64,000 bases of DNA from Ostrea edulis. Its lineage: Eukaryota. This document shows positions 63,715-64,000 of the stretch, one piece after another (positions within the stretch are counted from its first letter, which is position 1; each line of letters starts with the position of its first letter). A model generated the notes under the pieces. The model saw only the letters and a list, made by a program, of their open reading frames with translations. It did not search any database and was not told where the DNA came from. The position numbers and the translations under genes were made by a program. The stretch spans positions 38,564,001 through 38,628,000 of the forward strand of contig NC_079173.1 in NCBI RefSeq assembly GCF_947568905.1, read 5' to 3'.

Positions 63715-64000
63715 GGTGAAGCTTACGAACAGTGATCAATTTCATAATTCCTATAAGCAATACAAAATAAAGAGTTTGCCAAACACAGACTCCTGGACAC
63801 ACCAGAGGCGGGATCAGGTGCTTAGGAGGAGTAAGCATCCCCTGCCGACCGGTCACACCCGCCGTGAATCCTATATCTTGATCAAGTAAACAGAGATATC
63901 CGTAGTCAAAATCGGTGTACCAAGAATGGCCTAACAATCGGTATGAAACAAGTCAGACAGCATTTGACCCAATGTTAGTTGAAATTGGCAAACTAAATCA
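63715..64000 (-). mobile_element. Penelope-like RT end plus 3' tail, antisense, runs off the window
   Basis: Reverse complement of the tail seen at 20970-21190. Confidence 0.8.

Noticed and set aside
1-64000. Prokaryotic or free-virus origin of the window
   Set aside because: Spliceosomal exons, metazoan SINE, HINE and Penelope repeats, microsatellites and very low coding density indicate an animal nuclear genome.

Overview
AT-rich eukaryotic genomic DNA with one assembly gap (28295-28425). It is probably from a bivalve, likely an oyster; this is inferred from the repeat families, including a CvA/Cg170-like HINE. The window is almost entirely transposable elements and their debris. (1) The standout is 666-6949, a 6.3-kb near-perfect palindrome built from one end of a Polinton/Maverick (adintovirus-like) element. 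It has AGTAGT...ACTACT termini, a 6-bp target-site duplication (CAGAGG/CAGGGG), two ~3.1-kb mirror arms and a 22-nt central loop. Each arm carries a macrodomain gene, a compact penton-like gene, a small ORF missed by the ORF track and a duplicated Pro/Ser-rich cassette. No polymerase, integrase, ATPase or major capsid gene is present. It looks like an integrated snap-back (fold-back) defective genome mobilised in trans. (2) A ~331-bp repeat at three loci has a minus-strand consensus that rebuilds a minimal type I hammerhead ribozyme (retrozyme-like), and a second hammerhead family sits at 18006-18046. (3) A Crypton tyrosine-recombinase element (8526-9846) has its empty site preserved at ~33941. 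(4) A decayed Helitron RepHel gene with an N-terminal C76-like protease lies at 29919-33542. (5) A higher-order array of three multi-kb blocks made of decayed Penelope-like RT modules spans ~15560-49760. (6) There are several Kolobok-, HINE-, SINE- and TIR-type non-autonomous elements. (7) The only clear host gene piece is exon 1 of a secreted or membrane LRR protein (62701-62882, minus). All calls come from manual reading; no database search was run.
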